Assembly: GCF_009914755.1 (NCBI RefSeq)
Contig: NC_060926.1
Length of the DNA: 64,000 nucleotides
Direction: 5' to 3' (one strand)
Source of the DNA: the human T2T-CHM13v2.0 reference genome, Homo sapiens
Under the pieces are notes generated by a model. That model ran no database searches and was not told the origin of the DNA. It was given only the letters and a program-made list of their open reading frames with translations. This document shows, piece after piece, positions 1 to 17,156 of the stretch; the stretch's first letter is position 1; each line of letters begins with the position of its first letter. The position numbers and the translations under genes were made by a program.

Positions 1-546
1 GTCTCACTCTCCGCATGAGATCAATAATTCCCTCTTGAAGCCACTTGCCATGTGGGCTCTAGACTAACTGACACTCAGTAGCTATAAAATGCCACACTCT
101 GGACACCATAACTCATACCCTATAGTTTAACAATGGTCAACAATGTATAGCCAATCACTAATCAGTGTTATTTCTGAAAACCAATGAGAACTGTCAAAGA
201 ACTTCATATCATCCCACTCCTTGTTCCCTTTTGCCTTTGAAAATTTGCTTGTAACAAAGGTGGAACGGAACACTCCCCAGGGCAACTTGGAAGTATGTCC
301 TGGGCAGCTGCCCTCACTTTGGCTCAAATAAACTCTTTAAGGCCAGGCATAGTGGCTCATCCTTGTAATCCCAACACTTTGGGTAGGCCAAGGCAGGAGG
401 ACTGCTTGAGGTCAGGAGTTCAAGACCAGCTCTGGGCAACATTGCAAGAACCTGTCTCTGCAACAACAACAAAAAATACATAAAAATTTAAAAATCAAGT
501 AAACTCTTTAAAATGGTGTTTCATGCCTTCTTCCTCTAGGTCAATA
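1..546 (+). mobile_element. ERV1 (MER4-group) LTR 3' part, interrupted by an Alu monomer
   Basis: LTR-type 3' end (ggcaacttggaag...ggctcaaataaactc...ctaggtcaata); subfamily uncertain. Confidence 0.6.
341..490 (+). mobile_element. Alu left monomer (FLAM-like)
   Basis: ggccaggcatagtggctcat... single arm with A-rich tail; taaactctttaa repeated on both sides (TSD). Confidence 0.85.
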
Positions 547-1042
547 GGACCTTGGCAGTGGCAGCCAGGGGAGGGTTTAGTAGGGTGTGCCCTTTTCTTG
601 CATCTTGGGAAGATCACATAGGAGCCCTGTGGAGGGGGCAAGGCCAGAATCAGGGTGCTTCTTAGGAGCCTGTCAGTCTCTAAAGATATGTGGTCCTGAG
701 AGCCTGAAGAGAGAAGAATTTTTTAAAAGTTCTTCAGAGATAGAAAGAGAAGATATTGACATTATCTATACAGCCAGAGAGTGATGAGGCCCCAGGCTGT
801 ACTCTGATTTGAAAACTGAATAATGATGTGATACACATCAAAAGAAGGTGAGCCACCTCCTTTAACTTACAACAACCCTGAAATGAAAGATAAAAAAGGG
901 GTAGGGGATCCTTTCAGAGTTACCCACAAGAATCTATTCAGAGCCTGGCCAAAATCTGGTCCATAGATGACTGAGAAGCAATTTTCCCCTAAGTAAAGTG
1001 TTTCCAAACTTCCACAGTGATAAGATAAAACTGGGGCTGTTA

Positions 1043-1522
<480 letters not shown>

Positions 1523-1559
1523 TTAGGCCCATGAAAATTAAAGATTAAGTACAGTATAG

Positions 1560-1899
<340 letters not shown>

Positions 1900-2012
1900 A
1901 GTATTAATTCTTTTGTTTTAGGAATACTCTACACATAGTTGGCATTTTAAGTACTTATGATGTTTAAGAGAATTTGGTCTATGAGAGGAACAGCTGAGGC
2001 TTATAATTTGAA

Positions 2013-2276
2013 TTTTTTTTTTTTTTTGGAAATAGGGTCTTGCTCTGCCACTCAGGCTGGAGTGCAGCCCCCCAGGTTCAAACAATTCTCCTACCTCAGC
2101 CTCCTGGGTAGGTACAGGCATGCATCACTACACCTGGTTAATCTTTTTGTGTTTTTTGTAGAAATGGGGTTTCTCCATGTTGCCCAGGCTGGTTTCAAAT
2201 TCTGGGACTCAAATGATCTGCCTACCTCGGCCTCCCAAAGTGCTGGGATTACAGGCGTGAGCCACTGTGCCAGGCC
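2013..2276 (-). mobile_element. AluJ-like
   Basis: diverged reverse Alu; TSD tataatttgaattt. Confidence 0.9.
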
Positions 2277-2644
2277 TATAATTTGAATTTAAAAGTGTAA
2301 CTGAAGAAGTTAGACTTGTGATTTTAAGTTGAAAGTTTAATAAATTTCTATGTTGGAAGACTTAGAATAATTTAAGTATTGCTATATTTATCAGTTTATT
2401 ATATTTAGATTTTCAAAAAGTTATTAAGATTTTGTTTAAGTCAGATAATTGAGGTATTTAAAAAGAAATTGCATATATTAAATTTATAAAAGTAGTTTAA
2501 AATGTTTGAATGTATATACATAAGCTTATAAATAGGACCAAATATTAACCAACAACATTCTAAAGATGTTTGCTATAATTTGCTACAGTTATAAATGGGG
2601 GGAAAATCTTTCAAAGAACTTAAAATCTAAAGGAAGGTTTTTTA

Positions 2645-3035
2645 CAGATGAATGGATAAACAAAATGTGGTATAGCCATACAGTGGAATATTATGCATCC
2701 TTAAAAAGGAAGAAAATTCTGTCACATGCTTCAACATGGATGAACCTGCAGGACACTCTGCTAAGTGAAATAAGCCAGTCATGAAATAACAAATACAATA
2801 TGATTTTACCTATGTAAGGTTAGATTAGTCAAATTCATAAAGACAGAAGCAGGATGGTGGTGCCAGGGGCTGGGGCAGGGGAAGGAGAATGGGGAGTTAG
2901 TGTTTAACGTGTACCGAGTTTCAGTTTTGCAGATGAAAAGAATTCTGTGGATGGATGTTAGCAGTGGTAGAACAACATGAATATACTTAATGTCACTGAA
3001 CAATGTGCCACTTAAAAATGGTTAAGATGGTAAAA
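2645..3035 (+). mobile_element. L1MB-type LINE-1 3' end
   Basis: gatgaatggataaacaaaatgtggta... through ...cacttaaaaatggttaagatggtaaa, followed by (TA)n(GA)n. Confidence 0.85.
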
Positions 3036-3302
3036 ATATATATATATATATATATCGAGGGAGAGAGAGAGACAGAGAAATGACACCTGAAAGTGCTCAA
3101 TCCTTAGAACTTTAAAAGCTCTACTTACTGAAAATGTTGCCCAGTAAAGTATAATTATAATTATTGGTGATACAGTCAACAAATGTATGCCTAGTTAATT
3201 CTTTATAGTAAATTATTACTGTTGGAAAAAAAGCTAAAGGAAGATTTTTTAAATTGATCATGCCAAAAACTTATATATTTTTTTTTAAAAACCAAAGTTA
3301 TC

Positions 3303-4014
3303 TTTAATCTTTTCCATGCAGAAAAACCACCTACAAGGACTCCTCAAACTCACAATAAACATAGACTGTTCTCATAGGTAAGTGAGGGTTCTAGGGCTCT
3401 AACCAAGGAAGTGGAATGATGGATGGAGAGGAGAGGGGCTTATGTGGCAGGTGTCACCCAAGTAGAATGGTACCACTGATGAAGCTATGGAAGAAGGATC
3501 AGATGGCATCTGGGGAAGGGGACACCACATGTTCAGGTAGAAACTGAGCATTCAGTAGCCAGCCTGATCCCAAGGCAGGGCACTCAGAGACACCGGGTAG
3601 AGGTAAGGATTTGAGGGCATCGGGAATGGGTGGTGGTGGAAGTCCTGTGTGCTGCAGAGAGGACCCGAGAGAAGTGTGGAGGGACCTTGGCCAAGGACAT
3701 AACTCTGAGAAGTGCCAACACTTTCGGAGTGGCGGGGCCTGAGATGGCAAGATTCACTTAAATGGTCTAATTTCAGGACCCAGAATTCCTCTGCATCCCT
3801 CCTCCACCCCATATCTCTTCCAGGGCTTTGCCATGCCTGGAGTTCTTCAACCCAGGAAAAGTGGCTACAAGACCTTGATGTTCCACTCAGAGGACCAGGG
3901 ATTATGGTGGGAGAGATGACATAAGGACTGAAATCACACAAAGGTGCAAATGACTAATGCCAGTAGGTTTCTGGAAGCAGGTTCCGTAGACTTGAGGGTG
4001 CACTCCGAGGAAAG
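3303..4014 (-). pseudogene. Terminal pseudo-exon (Pro/Ser/Tyr-rich C-terminus)
   Basis: Acceptor cttccttcctggtgcttcctcatcactcag|C at 4014, in frame with ORF 3941-3552. One frame of about 210 codons has 3 internal stops (3956, 3554, 3401), then TGA at 3374-3372 and ATTAAA about 65 nt downstream. Confidence 0.7.
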
Positions 4015-4140
4015 CTGAGTGATGAGGAAGCACCAGGAAGGAAGTGCTCAGAAAAGGGGAGGCCGGTGGCTGGAGTGACTCCTGGTCTAGCAGTTCTTCA
4101 TGTCCATCTTGTTTTCATGCCAAGGGAATTTCAGCCTTAC

Positions 4141-5178
4141 CTTTGCCCAGGTTTGGGTGGCAATGATAGGGACAGGAGAAGGGAAATTCTGGGCAGAAGT
4201 GGGTGGGTCTCCAGCAAGGGCCTCACCCTCAAGCCTAAAACTATGGCCCAAAGTGAGAACATTCCTGTTTTCCTGCTTGACTGTTGCCTTTTCCAAAACC
4301 ACCCATGGCCCGCCCCACTCCTAACCTGTGCCCAAGAAAGCCCCAGGCTCCACTAGCAGAGAGAGAAGAGAAGAAGCAGTTGGATGTCAGAGACTATGGT
4401 TGAATGTCGGAGAGAAGGGGCTTGACTTCAGAGGGACAGCTTGATGGCATAGCTTTGGAGAGGAGTCTGGCCAGGGATGGCCAGACTCCGGGGGAAGATT
4501 ACCTACCCACTCCCTCCCCTTCTCAGCTCCCCTTCTCACTGAGAGCCACTTTCATCAGCAATAAAATCCCCTGCATTTATCATCTCCAATTTGTTTGTGT
4601 GACCTCATTCCTCCTAGACCTCAGATAAGAATTTGAGTGTGGGTGCAAAGGGCTGTCACACTGACCCTCCACTGAGCTGTTAACACTTAAGCCATCTGCA
4701 GATGGCAAAGCTAAAAGAGCATTGACTGAAACACTCCTTCTGGGGCTTTAGGGGTTGTGGGCACCCCCCTAGACACTGCTGCAGGGCCAGTACAGAGTTT
4801 GTTCCGGCTGTCACCCAAAAGCGCTCTCTCTGGCTCCTGCACCCGCTCACCTGCATGCTCCATCCCTGGAGGGGTTGAGTGTGGTGGATTCCAGTGAGTG
4901 GGGTTTGCCCCAGCTAGCACTGAAGTAGCTAGTTCAAACACCCACACTCCAGTTCCCACCCACAAGGGGTCAGGGAAATTTCCTGCTTCAGCAAGATCCC
5001 CTGAGAAATAAGTGAGGAGGAATCTCTTTCAGTCTCTGGTAAGGGCTGGTGGGGTGGAGGTGGGGGGTGAGTGGGAAGAAGCCACTCCATCAGCTTTGTC
5101 TTGGCCTTTGGTGTTTTTTGATCTTTAATTCCCCCAGTATTGGTTCCATCCCAGCTGTGGTTGGGCATCCCTGCTTCA
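4141..5178 (-). pseudogene. 207-nt pseudo-exon split by an LTR
   Basis: Acceptor ttcttcattaaccag|T at 5178 and donor AAG|gtaagg at 4141. Removing the LTR and one TSD copy gives an open frame EAGMPNHSWDG...ISQGILPPKPGQ. Confidence 0.75.
4164..4990 (+). mobile_element. ERV1 solo LTR (LTR1/LTR27/LTR28 group)
   Basis: TG...CA termini (tgatagggacagg...cctgcttca), internal aataaa, exact 4-bp TSD gcaa; related copy at 35968. Confidence 0.85.
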
Positions 5179-5271
5179 CTGGTTAATGAAGAACAGGTGC
5201 ATCATTAGTTAATTACATCCTCAGGCCTCAGAGCTGCCCAAAAGGAGGAGGCAGTGGAAGCTTTGTACCAC

Positions 5272-6716
<1,445 letters not shown>

Positions 6717-6852
6717 TGAGAGGGGCTCTTGCCAGCCTCCCACAATGTTGCCTCCATCCAGACAATGAGACCAGGGTTATGGCTGAGAGGCACCGCCTTT
6801 GGCCTTTGTAGGAACTCAAAACTGACAACACTATTAAGTGGAGAGATGTAAC

Positions 6853-7047
6853 CTTGAGGTTGGGCCTATGGAGAAGGCTTTGCTCTGGCATTTGATTCTG
6901 TTTAAGTGTTTCTTGTCCCTGTATGAGGTTATGTCTCAGAGCTGAGTGATATGCAACAGCCAAGAACCAGGATCATCCTAAGGGCCAGAATGAATGATCC
7001 ACTAAGGTGGACAACACTGCCAAGTCTACACTGGCATTTCTGAGGGC
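6853..7047 (-). pseudogene. Candidate pseudo-exon
   Basis: Strong acceptor ctttgttttttttccaacag|G at 7047; frame ALRNASVDL... with one stop; donor uncertain. Confidence 0.4.
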
Positions 7048-7066
7048 CTGTTGGAAAAAAAACAAA

Positions 7067-7240
7067 GCAGCTTTTCTCAATTTTGGCTGAACATGAGAAT
7101 TAACTGAAGATCTTTTAAAATTGTGAGGCCTGAGTCCCACCCCTAGAGAGTCTGACTTAATTGGTTTTGAGTGGAACCCGGCCGTCTGGATGTTTACAAG
7201 CTTCCCAACCAGTTCCAATATGCAGCCGGTGCTGAATACC
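7067..7240. mobile_element. MER5A-type hAT-Charlie fossil
   Basis: cagcttttctcaa...cccacccctagagagtctgacttaattggttttgagtgg...aataccac. Confidence 0.7.
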
Positions 7241-7492
7241 ACCACAGTAACACCTGCGTGGGCACCTGGAGTCTCCATGTGGGGCTGAACCCTGTCTGTG
7301 CAGGATTCTAGAGCAGGCTGTGCTTTTGACATCTGTTGTATTGGCCAGAGGAGAAGGGACGAAGGAGAAGTCTCCTCCTGGTGTGTTTCTGAGTGGTGTA
7401 TTTCTGTCAGGCCTGGATTTAGATGCTTTGGAGGTGAAGAATGAATTGAATGAATTTTCTACTATTGTTTCCTCCTGTATCCACCTGTATCT

Positions 7493-7494
<2 letters not shown>

Positions 7495-7553
<59 letters not shown>

Positions 7554-7828
7554 AAGAAAGAGAGAAAGTCTTGCTCTGTCACTCAGGCTGGAGCATGGTG
7601 GTGCAATCACAGCTCACTGCAGCCTTGCCCTCCCAGTCTCAAGTGATCTTCCCACCTCAGCCTCCTGAGTAGCTGGGACCACAGGTGCATGTCACCACAC
7701 CCAAATGATGTTTAAATTTTTTTGTGGAGATGGAGTCTATGTTGCCCTAGCTGGTCTCAAACTCCTGGGCTCAAGTGATCCTTCTTCCTTGGCCTCCCAA
7801 AGTGTTGGGATTACAGGCATCATGGACT
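7495..7828 (-). repeat. (TG)n(AG)n microsatellite forming the tail of a reverse AluJ
   Basis: about 19 TG units, then AG units, then Alu body. Confidence 0.9.
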
Positions 7829-8053
7829 AGCGAAGGCAGGGAATGCTCCATAAGGGAAGAAATACTTGATTTTTGGAAGAATTTAGGTAAGAAGGTTTTT
7901 CCCTGAAGGTTAGTGACATGAGGATAACAACAGTAAAGATCAGCTATTAGATCCATGTGATACTTGAAGGCCAACATGCCCATACTCTTTCTGAGTCTAC
8001 TCCCTGGGTTTCTGTCGATGGAAAGGTGATTATATAGTCCAAACTTCTATAAC

Positions 8054-8226
8054 AAATGGCTCTCCAAGTGAGGTCCTCAGACCAATAACGCCCCATCCCT
8101 GGGAACTTGTTAGACATGCATAGGCCCCACCTAGACCTAAGGAATCAGAAATTCTGAGCCCAGCAGTTTCTATTTTTGACAAGTCCTCTCTGTGGTTCTG
8201 ATGCTCACTCAAGTATGAGAACCACT
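8054..8226. mobile_element. MER5A
   Basis: gggaacttgttagacatgca...ccccacctagacc...gaatcagaaattctg...tgagaaccactg. Confidence 0.75.
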
Positions 8227-8429
8227 GTCCTGCTTTGCATCCACGTCTGCTAAGTAGACTCTAGTTATTAGGAACAAGAGACATGTTTGTTCTCAGTTAC
8301 ATTTAACTTATATTGGGTTGAAACCTCTCCCTCTAACTACCCCCACTGGTCCTGTGGCCTTATTACTGGACTTATGATTATTTACGTCCATCCAAGTGAC
8401 ACAGTGTCAAATAGCTGACAGGCTCTTAT

Positions 8430-8890
8430 GTGTTCAGCCAACATTTACTGAGTAGCTCTCATTTGCTAGGTACTATACTAAGCCCTGGGAATGTAGCAAT
8501 GAACAAAATCAAAGTATGTTCTTCCATGCAGCGTATGTTCTAGTGGGGGAGATGGTCCATTGATAGAACTACCATATTTTTATGTTTAGGTGATAGGAAG
8601 AAAAACATAAGGTTGGGAGGCTACTTTTGATAGTGGTTAGAGGAGGCTTCTTTGAGGTGATGTTTGAGTAGAAAGCTGGTTGAAATGAGAAAGCCAAATG
8701 AAGAGAGCGTATCCTGGGAAGTGGGAACAGTAGTGTCACATCCTAAGGTAGGAATGAGCTTCACGTATTCTTAAGAACAGAAAGGAAGTTAGTATAGCCA
8801 GAAGGGAACGAGCAAGGAGGAGAGATGCAGGAAGTAAGGTCCAGGAGGCAGTGGCCAGATCAAGAGAAGCCTTAGAGGTCCTGCATAGGT
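8430..8890 (-). mobile_element. L2 LINE fragment (continues about 11320-11580)
   Basis: ttcagccaacatttactgag...ctaagccctggg...tctagtggggga pattern. Confidence 0.65.
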
Positions 8891-8891
8891 G

Positions 8892-10240
<1,349 letters not shown>

Positions 10241-10254
10241 GGTGTCAGTATGGT

Positions 10255-11313
10255 TTTATGTCACTTTATGACAGGAATATGTTCTGAGAAATGCATCACG
10301 TGATTTCTTTCTTGTGTGCATATCATAGACCTACATAAACCTAGATGGTACAGACTACTAGGCACCTCAGCTGTATGGTACAGCCTCTTGTTCCTAGGCT
10401 ACAAACTTGTATAGCATGTTACTGTACTGAATGCTGTAGGCAACTGTAACACATTGTTCAGTACTTATGTATCAAAGCATACCTAAACATAGAAGAGGTA
10501 CAGTAAAAATATAGTATAAAAAATTAAAATGGTACACTTGTATAGTGCACTTACCATGAATGAATCTTGTAGGACTAGAAGTTGTTCTGGGTGAGGCAGT
10601 GAGTGGTGAGTGAATTTGAAGCCCTAGGACATTACTGTACACTACTGTAGGCTTTATAAACACTGTACACTTAGGCTACACTACATTCAAAATTTTGTTT
10701 TCTTCAATTACTAACTTTAGCTTACTAAAACTTTTTTACTTTATAAATTTTTTAGTTTTCTTTTTGATTTTTTGTAATAATACTTAGTTTAAAACAAGTA
10801 CATACAGCTGTACCAAAATAGCTTGTTTTTTAGAGACAGGTCTTGCTTTGTCACTCAGGCTAGAGTGCAGTGGTGCAATCTAGTCTCACTGCAGCCTTGA
10901 CATCCTGGGCTCAGGTGATCCTCATGCCTCAGCCTCCTGAGTAGGACAACGGGTGTGTGCCACTATGCCTATTTTTTTTTTTTTCTTTTTGGTAGAGATG
11001 GGGCCCAAGCAATCCTCTTGCCTTGGCCTCATAAAGTGTTGGGATGACAGGCATAAGCCCCCACACCCAGCCAATGTTTTCCTTATATTCTTCTATAAGC
11101 CTTTTTCTATTAATTTTTGTTTTTTTTTTACTTTGTAAACTTTTTTTGTTGGAAATGTGGACACAAACATATTTGTCTAGGCCTACACGAGGCTAGTTCA
11201 TCAAGACTTCACTAGGTGATGGGAATCTTTTAGCTCCATTATAATTTTATGGGACTACCATTGTGTATGCGGTTCATCGTTGACCAAGATGTCATTATGA
11301 CATGCAAGAGTGT
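10255..11313 (-). mobile_element. Tigger3/MER7 DNA transposon with an AluJ insertion (10825-11073)
   Basis: gttctgagaaatgcatc...ctaggctacaaac...gctccattataattttatgggactacc... Tigger3 signatures. Confidence 0.8.
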
Positions 11314-12079
11314 ATTTCATTTTGAATGATGGGCCAGCTACTAAAAGGTATTGATATGAGCACGGTGGTATCTATCTTTGAACAAAAATCACTTTATATA
11401 ATGGACCATTCCATGAGTATAAGCAGGGAGATGAGTTAGGGAGATGCCAAGTGTGAGACATGGCAGTATGGAGGTAAGGGTGAAAACTAGTTGGATTCTA
11501 GATACTTTGGAGGAGGAGTCAACAGGACATGCTCATGGATTAGTCTGGGGTGGAGAAGAGTTAAGCAACTGACTGGAGCCTTTTTTTTTGTAGTCTAAAG
11601 TCTTCCCCAAAGCCCCACGTCAATAGAGAGGATAGGAACAACATGGAGGGATTCACAGGATTCACTCTCCTCTGAGTGCCTCCACTGGCCATCATAGGCT
11701 GGCTTGTGTACTTCTCCACAAACATGATTTTGTCCATAACTGGACCATGTCCTCAAGGGCCATATCTTAGGCTTTTCTGAATCTTCCACCCCTACCCACT
11801 CCCAATAGAATAAAAACAGTTGTGAGAACATAGGAAAGCATGCTATGGACTAAACCTGGGCTAAAACCCTTTCAGGTAGTGATGACAGCCTTAGAGATGA
11901 GGAAACAGACTCGGGGAGTAAAGGTACTTTCCTGATAGTAGCGACCATTTGAGACAACTTCCTGCCTGCCCAACATTGTGCTGGGAATTTGGGCGGCAAA
12001 TGGCTGATCTGGGTGTTACACCAGCAGCTTCTCAATTTATGTTGCTGCTGAGCAAATGATGCCTCATTGTGATCTGTCT

Positions 12080-13780
12080 GCTGAAGGAGTTCAGAAAATG
12101 CCACCCCAAAATATGCTTTGGTGTGCTGATTGCTTTGAACTGAGGGCATTTTGAGAGACAGTGGATGAAGGCAGAGGCTAGCTTTGAGCTCACCTTATCT
12201 GCCTAAAGACAATCCTCCAAAAGGAACTCAACTGTCAAGACTTCCCCAGGAACCTCGTCAACCAAGACCAACTCATAACACAGGAGAGGAGACTGAGGTT
12301 TGACTCCGTGCCCAGACAGACTTCGTCATAGGCTGTCACCTTTTCTTCTGAGGGCCCACTCATCTTTCCCAGCATCAAATGAAGAATCACGAGGTTCGTA
12401 CATTTGGAAAGGAGGGTACCACGACCTGCAGGCAGGACGTGGAGCTACTAGCTGAAACTGAAAAGCAAGTGCTCTGAGGGAAAGAAGGATGAGATGGGAA
12501 TTTATGCTGAAGGGCTAAATACACATATTCAACAGGTTATGGGAGGAGCTATAAATATTAATGAAGGGGAGTGAGTGCATGTGTAGTAGGCTAACATGTA
12601 TGTAACGTGCATTCCATGTTCGCTTTGGGGTAAAGACTTAACATTCAGTTAGACTCTACAACAAAAAGTGAAGTAAAGGACAGGAAGGCCCTCAGTGCAC
12701 AGCCTCTGTAGACTGACCAGAATCACTTCATGATTGGTGGTCTCTATTAGGAAAGAATGCTGGTCTGTTGCTGTGTCAAAACAGCAAAAGGGAGGGACGG
12801 CATTAGGTGATTGGTTGAAATTGGTGAAGCAAGTCTGTCGAAAGCTGGTTTCTGTTTAACCCTTAGGGAAGAAGGCCTAATGGGGGTTGGGTGAAGGAAG
12901 GGGTAGATGACAAGACCTATCTAACCTCCCAGCCCATCATGGCCTGGAACTCAGGTTTGTTTTTTGGTTCCCTTGGCGAGAGGGGGTCTATTCACACCAA
13001 AACTCATTTACAGTTCCCTAAGTTGCTTACATCACCCTCCAGCCTCCCCTATGAAGAGAGTAAATATGCTTCTAGATCTCACCAGGTTTTGGGGGATATA
13101 CACTTTTCTTTTATGTGATGTCCCCATGCATGTAATAAATTCGTATTCTCATTTTTACTGTGAATCTGTCTACTGCCAGTTTGTTTCATAGACTCAGCCA
13201 TCAAAGCCTCAGAGGACAGAGGGAAAGCTCTCCTTCCCCATACTATTCTCAGCAGGTGCCAGAGCTACCTTTTCAATGGCTTCCATGAAGATGACTTCCC
13301 TCTGTGAGTGACTTCAGGTGGTTGGACACTAAAATATGCCACCACAAAAATATGACTGAAAAGTTACAATTTTAAGAGAAAGTTATATTAATAAAGGAAG
13401 TCTCTGCCTGTAAGAGTGTCTCCCTCTCTGTCCCAGGAGGAGAAGGATGGCTAAATCACCAGACACTTAATGGAGGAGGCATGACTTAAACCTGCAGAAC
13501 AACCTTACCTTTGTCTAAGGTGCTTTTCCTGGTCTTCTGGTCTTAACAGGGTCTTTCCCCATACACTTCTTTCTTCATTTCAGAGAACTGATGGTATTTA
13601 AACCTCAAGTTTAAACTTTTTCTTTGAAATCTCATTTCTCTGGGTTATCTCCCATATATACAGGAGATATACACATTATCAAACTTCTTTTTGTGTTTTT
13701 GCTTGTTAACCTGTCTTTGTTACAGGGAGTCCTGGTTAAGAATTATGAAGGGTAGAAAGGATTATTTTTCTTCCCCTACA
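12080..13780 (+). mobile_element. Cluster of MER34/39-like LTRs with a nested MER57-like LTR (about 12374-12995)
   Basis: atgccaccccaaaatatg start motif at about 12098, variant at about 13336; end ccctaca; the inner element resembles the one at 9079. Confidence 0.6.
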
Positions 13781-14036
13781 AGGTCCTACCCCATTCCCCC
13801 TACTCTTTTGAGGGAGCCGGTCCTAGATGTCAGCTGAAGGGAATACCATATCCTATGAATCACTTGTTATGTCTTTTTGCTCTTATTCTTTAAGCCTCTT
13901 TCTTCATACCTTCCCCTCAACAACTTGAACGTGCTTGTTTTCTGGCCCAGGCATAGGAAATGTATGCAAAGGGCAAAACAGAAGCTTTGCTGTTGACAGC
14001 ACTCATATAAACAGATTTTCTTCCCAGTGCCTCCAC

Positions 14037-16704
14037 CTAGTTCTTTCCTTCCTACAGGACTCAGACTCTCTTGGACAGAAATCTTCGTCCCCGTGAAATG
14101 CTGCCATGTCCCGAGAGACAAGGTGGGTGAGTTCTCTAACCTGATGATGTGAAGTTGGTTTCCTCTGAACATCTGGTACAAGGGGACCATCTGGGCCGGC
14201 CCCCAAAGCCACGTTGTTATTTATGCCCGTGGACTTAGGGCCACAGGAATCAATGATTATGAGGCAAACCCTGACAAGATCATGTTTCAGGGTGTCTCCC
14301 CTGTGATAGAAAGAACATGACCCCATGTTCTTTCCATGCCTGTTGGAACAAGAGAGTACACGTTTCTGCCACCCAGGCTCTGGCTGTGCATGTGGTCTTG
14401 CTAGCTGAGAACTATGCTTGACACCGGAGATAAAGCACTGCAGGGGAAGTATCGTGTCTTCTGGGATCCTAGAGCAGATTCAAGGGAAAAGATCATGAAG
14501 TCCTGTATTACAAAGTCTCCAGTTCCATTTCAAAGAACCTCCTCCAAACCTGTTAAAAGCATCACTGGTCCAAAAACTGAAATGGAGAAGAGACTTGGGA
14601 TCTCAGGAACTTCGGTGCCCCACGTGGTTCAGCCAATCTCTCATGTTATTCAGCAAGCACGCACAGAGAGCATCCTGGCCACCAAGTTGCCAGAGACAAG
14701 TGAGAAGAATCTTTTGAAAATAGCCTCTTCTTCAACCTCTGTAGAAACATCAGTCTTTGATACAAGGTGGTCAGAAAACTCAGAAAAGAGTACTTTTGCC
14801 TGGGCCTCAGCAGAGAGGTCCCTTCCAGCATTGCAAGTTCCATAACAAGTTCCATGGTGACCACCAAACTGGCAGCTTGGTCCTCACTTGTAGGATGGAG
14901 AAGGCAGGAGAACACTTCAGAAGATGGGCCAGCCTCTGTGGACTCACCAGGCGTGATGGCAGGTACCTATAATTCTAATTCTAATTCAATTAACCACTCA
15001 GATTTGGGCTTATGGGAAAGAATGACATCTTGGGAAAGGGAGCTGCTTTCTCTCAGCCCCTCTCAGGAAGTGGAATGCTTCCCAGAAGGTAAAAGCAGCT
15101 TCCTGTACAGGCGAGCATCTTGCCTGGTGACACGCCATGTTTCCTATGGGGAGAGCCTGGGGCAGGCTTGGCCACTGAGGCCTGATTGTCTCTGGAAGGC
15201 AGGCCAGATCCTACTTCTGTTACCACACAGCCTTCTCCTATCTCCAGTTCTGCTCTTCCTGTGTTCCCAGCTGAGTGCTTTCTGACTGACTTGGCTTTGG
15301 TGAATTCCTACAGACATCCCAAATTCTACCATCAAGGGGCTTGCTTGCTCAAGAGCCAAGCTCATCTGCAGTGAGGCAAGAGTCACCTTGGCAGATGCAT
15401 CTCTGGGTGGCAAAGTGTTAATACCTCTTGCTCTCTCCCATGGCCTTTGAGTGGCTACCTCTGAGGTGAAGTCATATCTTCTCCCTTGGATGGCCTTATC
15501 CTCAGCCTTCCCTGAGCCAGGACAGACAGCTAGCCTGCCCCGTGGTGTGATCTCAGAGGGTGTCTCCTCAAAGCACCATAGGAATTTTACAAGAAGAGAC
15601 TCAATACACACTTCTTGGAGTCCAAAGGGGCTGGCCACAGAATTGCTGGAGAACCTGGCCAGGGTGATGCTGACAATGGCCCCTCAACAAGCTCCTGTAG
15701 CCACAACTGCCCCCCAATATGTTTCCCAACCTACACTGGTGTTCCCACCCTCTGCCTACCACAGAGAACCCGGAACACTAGAGGGGGGACCATGGGAATG
15801 TCTACAATAGCTTCGTGGTTGCTGTCAGGTTCACAGTTGCTTTCGGATGTCCTATCTGAGACTAGAGGGGAGGTAGATCCCTCCCTCAGCTCTTTAAGTC
15901 CAGCCATGCCCCAGGGCTTGTTCAGTCAAGGAGAGAGAGAGGCTGCTGGCAGCTTTTCTGCTGAACTCCTTGGGAGCTGCGATCCAAGCTTTCTGCAGAC
16001 TGACATGGAGTGCCTTCTGCAGAGCTCAGTGGCTTCTCTGGCTCACTCCCAAAGCCAGGGTGAAACGGAGCTGGCATCTAGAAGTCTAGTGAGTACCTCC
16101 TGCCCTGGGCCCAAGGAAGCTGTTCCTAGTGGGACAATAGCTGGTCCTCACTACTTGAGGTCAAGTGGGAAACTGTTCCCAGCTACTTCATACAGCAGAG
16201 GCAGCACAGAAGGAGCAGCCTCCTTGAAGGAGGAAGATTGGGTGATGCACTGCATCCCTTTGCTCCTGGGCTAGTTCCTGGGTTCTGGCTTTCTCACACT
16301 CCGGCACCCTCCCCTGGATGTGAAGCTCCTTCAGGGCCAAAGACATGTGCGACCGCATGTGGCTGCTGCATTGGTCTTGGAGCTGTAAACTGGCTGGGCA
16401 GTGACCTCCTCTGGAGAGTCCCTTGAAGAGCATACTGACGTGGCCATTCACCCTCCAAAGGGGTTGCTCTAAAGGAAGCTAAGATCTGGAAATCCACCCA
16501 CTCCCTGGAACAGGTATGGAGAGACTTCACCTGGGATCTGCCAGGTTCCCTTCCTAGCTTTCCAGAGAACCCCCACTGGCAAAAGGACCCAGGGTGTGGG
16601 GGCTCCTGCTATTCCACCCACCCGTCCCCTGGGAAGAGAGTGAATCCTCTCTGGAGACTGTGACACCCCAGAACTACACTGGTGGGTACTGCTTTTTTTC
16701 TTAT
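14037..16704 (-). pseudogene. Large (about 2.7 kb) decayed exon A
   Basis: Acceptor tactaagctttctttacag|A at 16704; repeat-free block with a chain of Ser/Pro/Glu-rich minus ORFs (87, 164, 89 and 107 aa); candidate donor TAG|gtggag at 14037, then a small exon 13941-13910 ending AAG|gtatga. Confidence 0.65.
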
Positions 16705-16856
16705 CTGTAAAGAAAGCTTAGTATTTTATTTGTCCACATTCTTCTCTATATTTCAAACCATCCTTCTCTAAATGAACTTTAGAAGTTTCATTACAGTTTC
16801 TTGAAGGCAGACTCTGATTTTATTTATCTAGTATCTTTCACCCTCTTTCATGATAA

Positions 16857-17156
<300 letters not shown>

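Noticed and set aside
3900-5010. Resemblance of GILPPKP, LPETY and DFSPYVI to the ARID5A C-terminus as I recall it
   Set aside because: Short low-complexity matches and no ARID-domain exon found; not enough to assign a family.
14414-16274. Long + strand ORFs (143, 172, 119 and 219 aa)
   Set aside because: No + strand splice or start context; best explained as antisense shadows of the decayed minus-strand exon.
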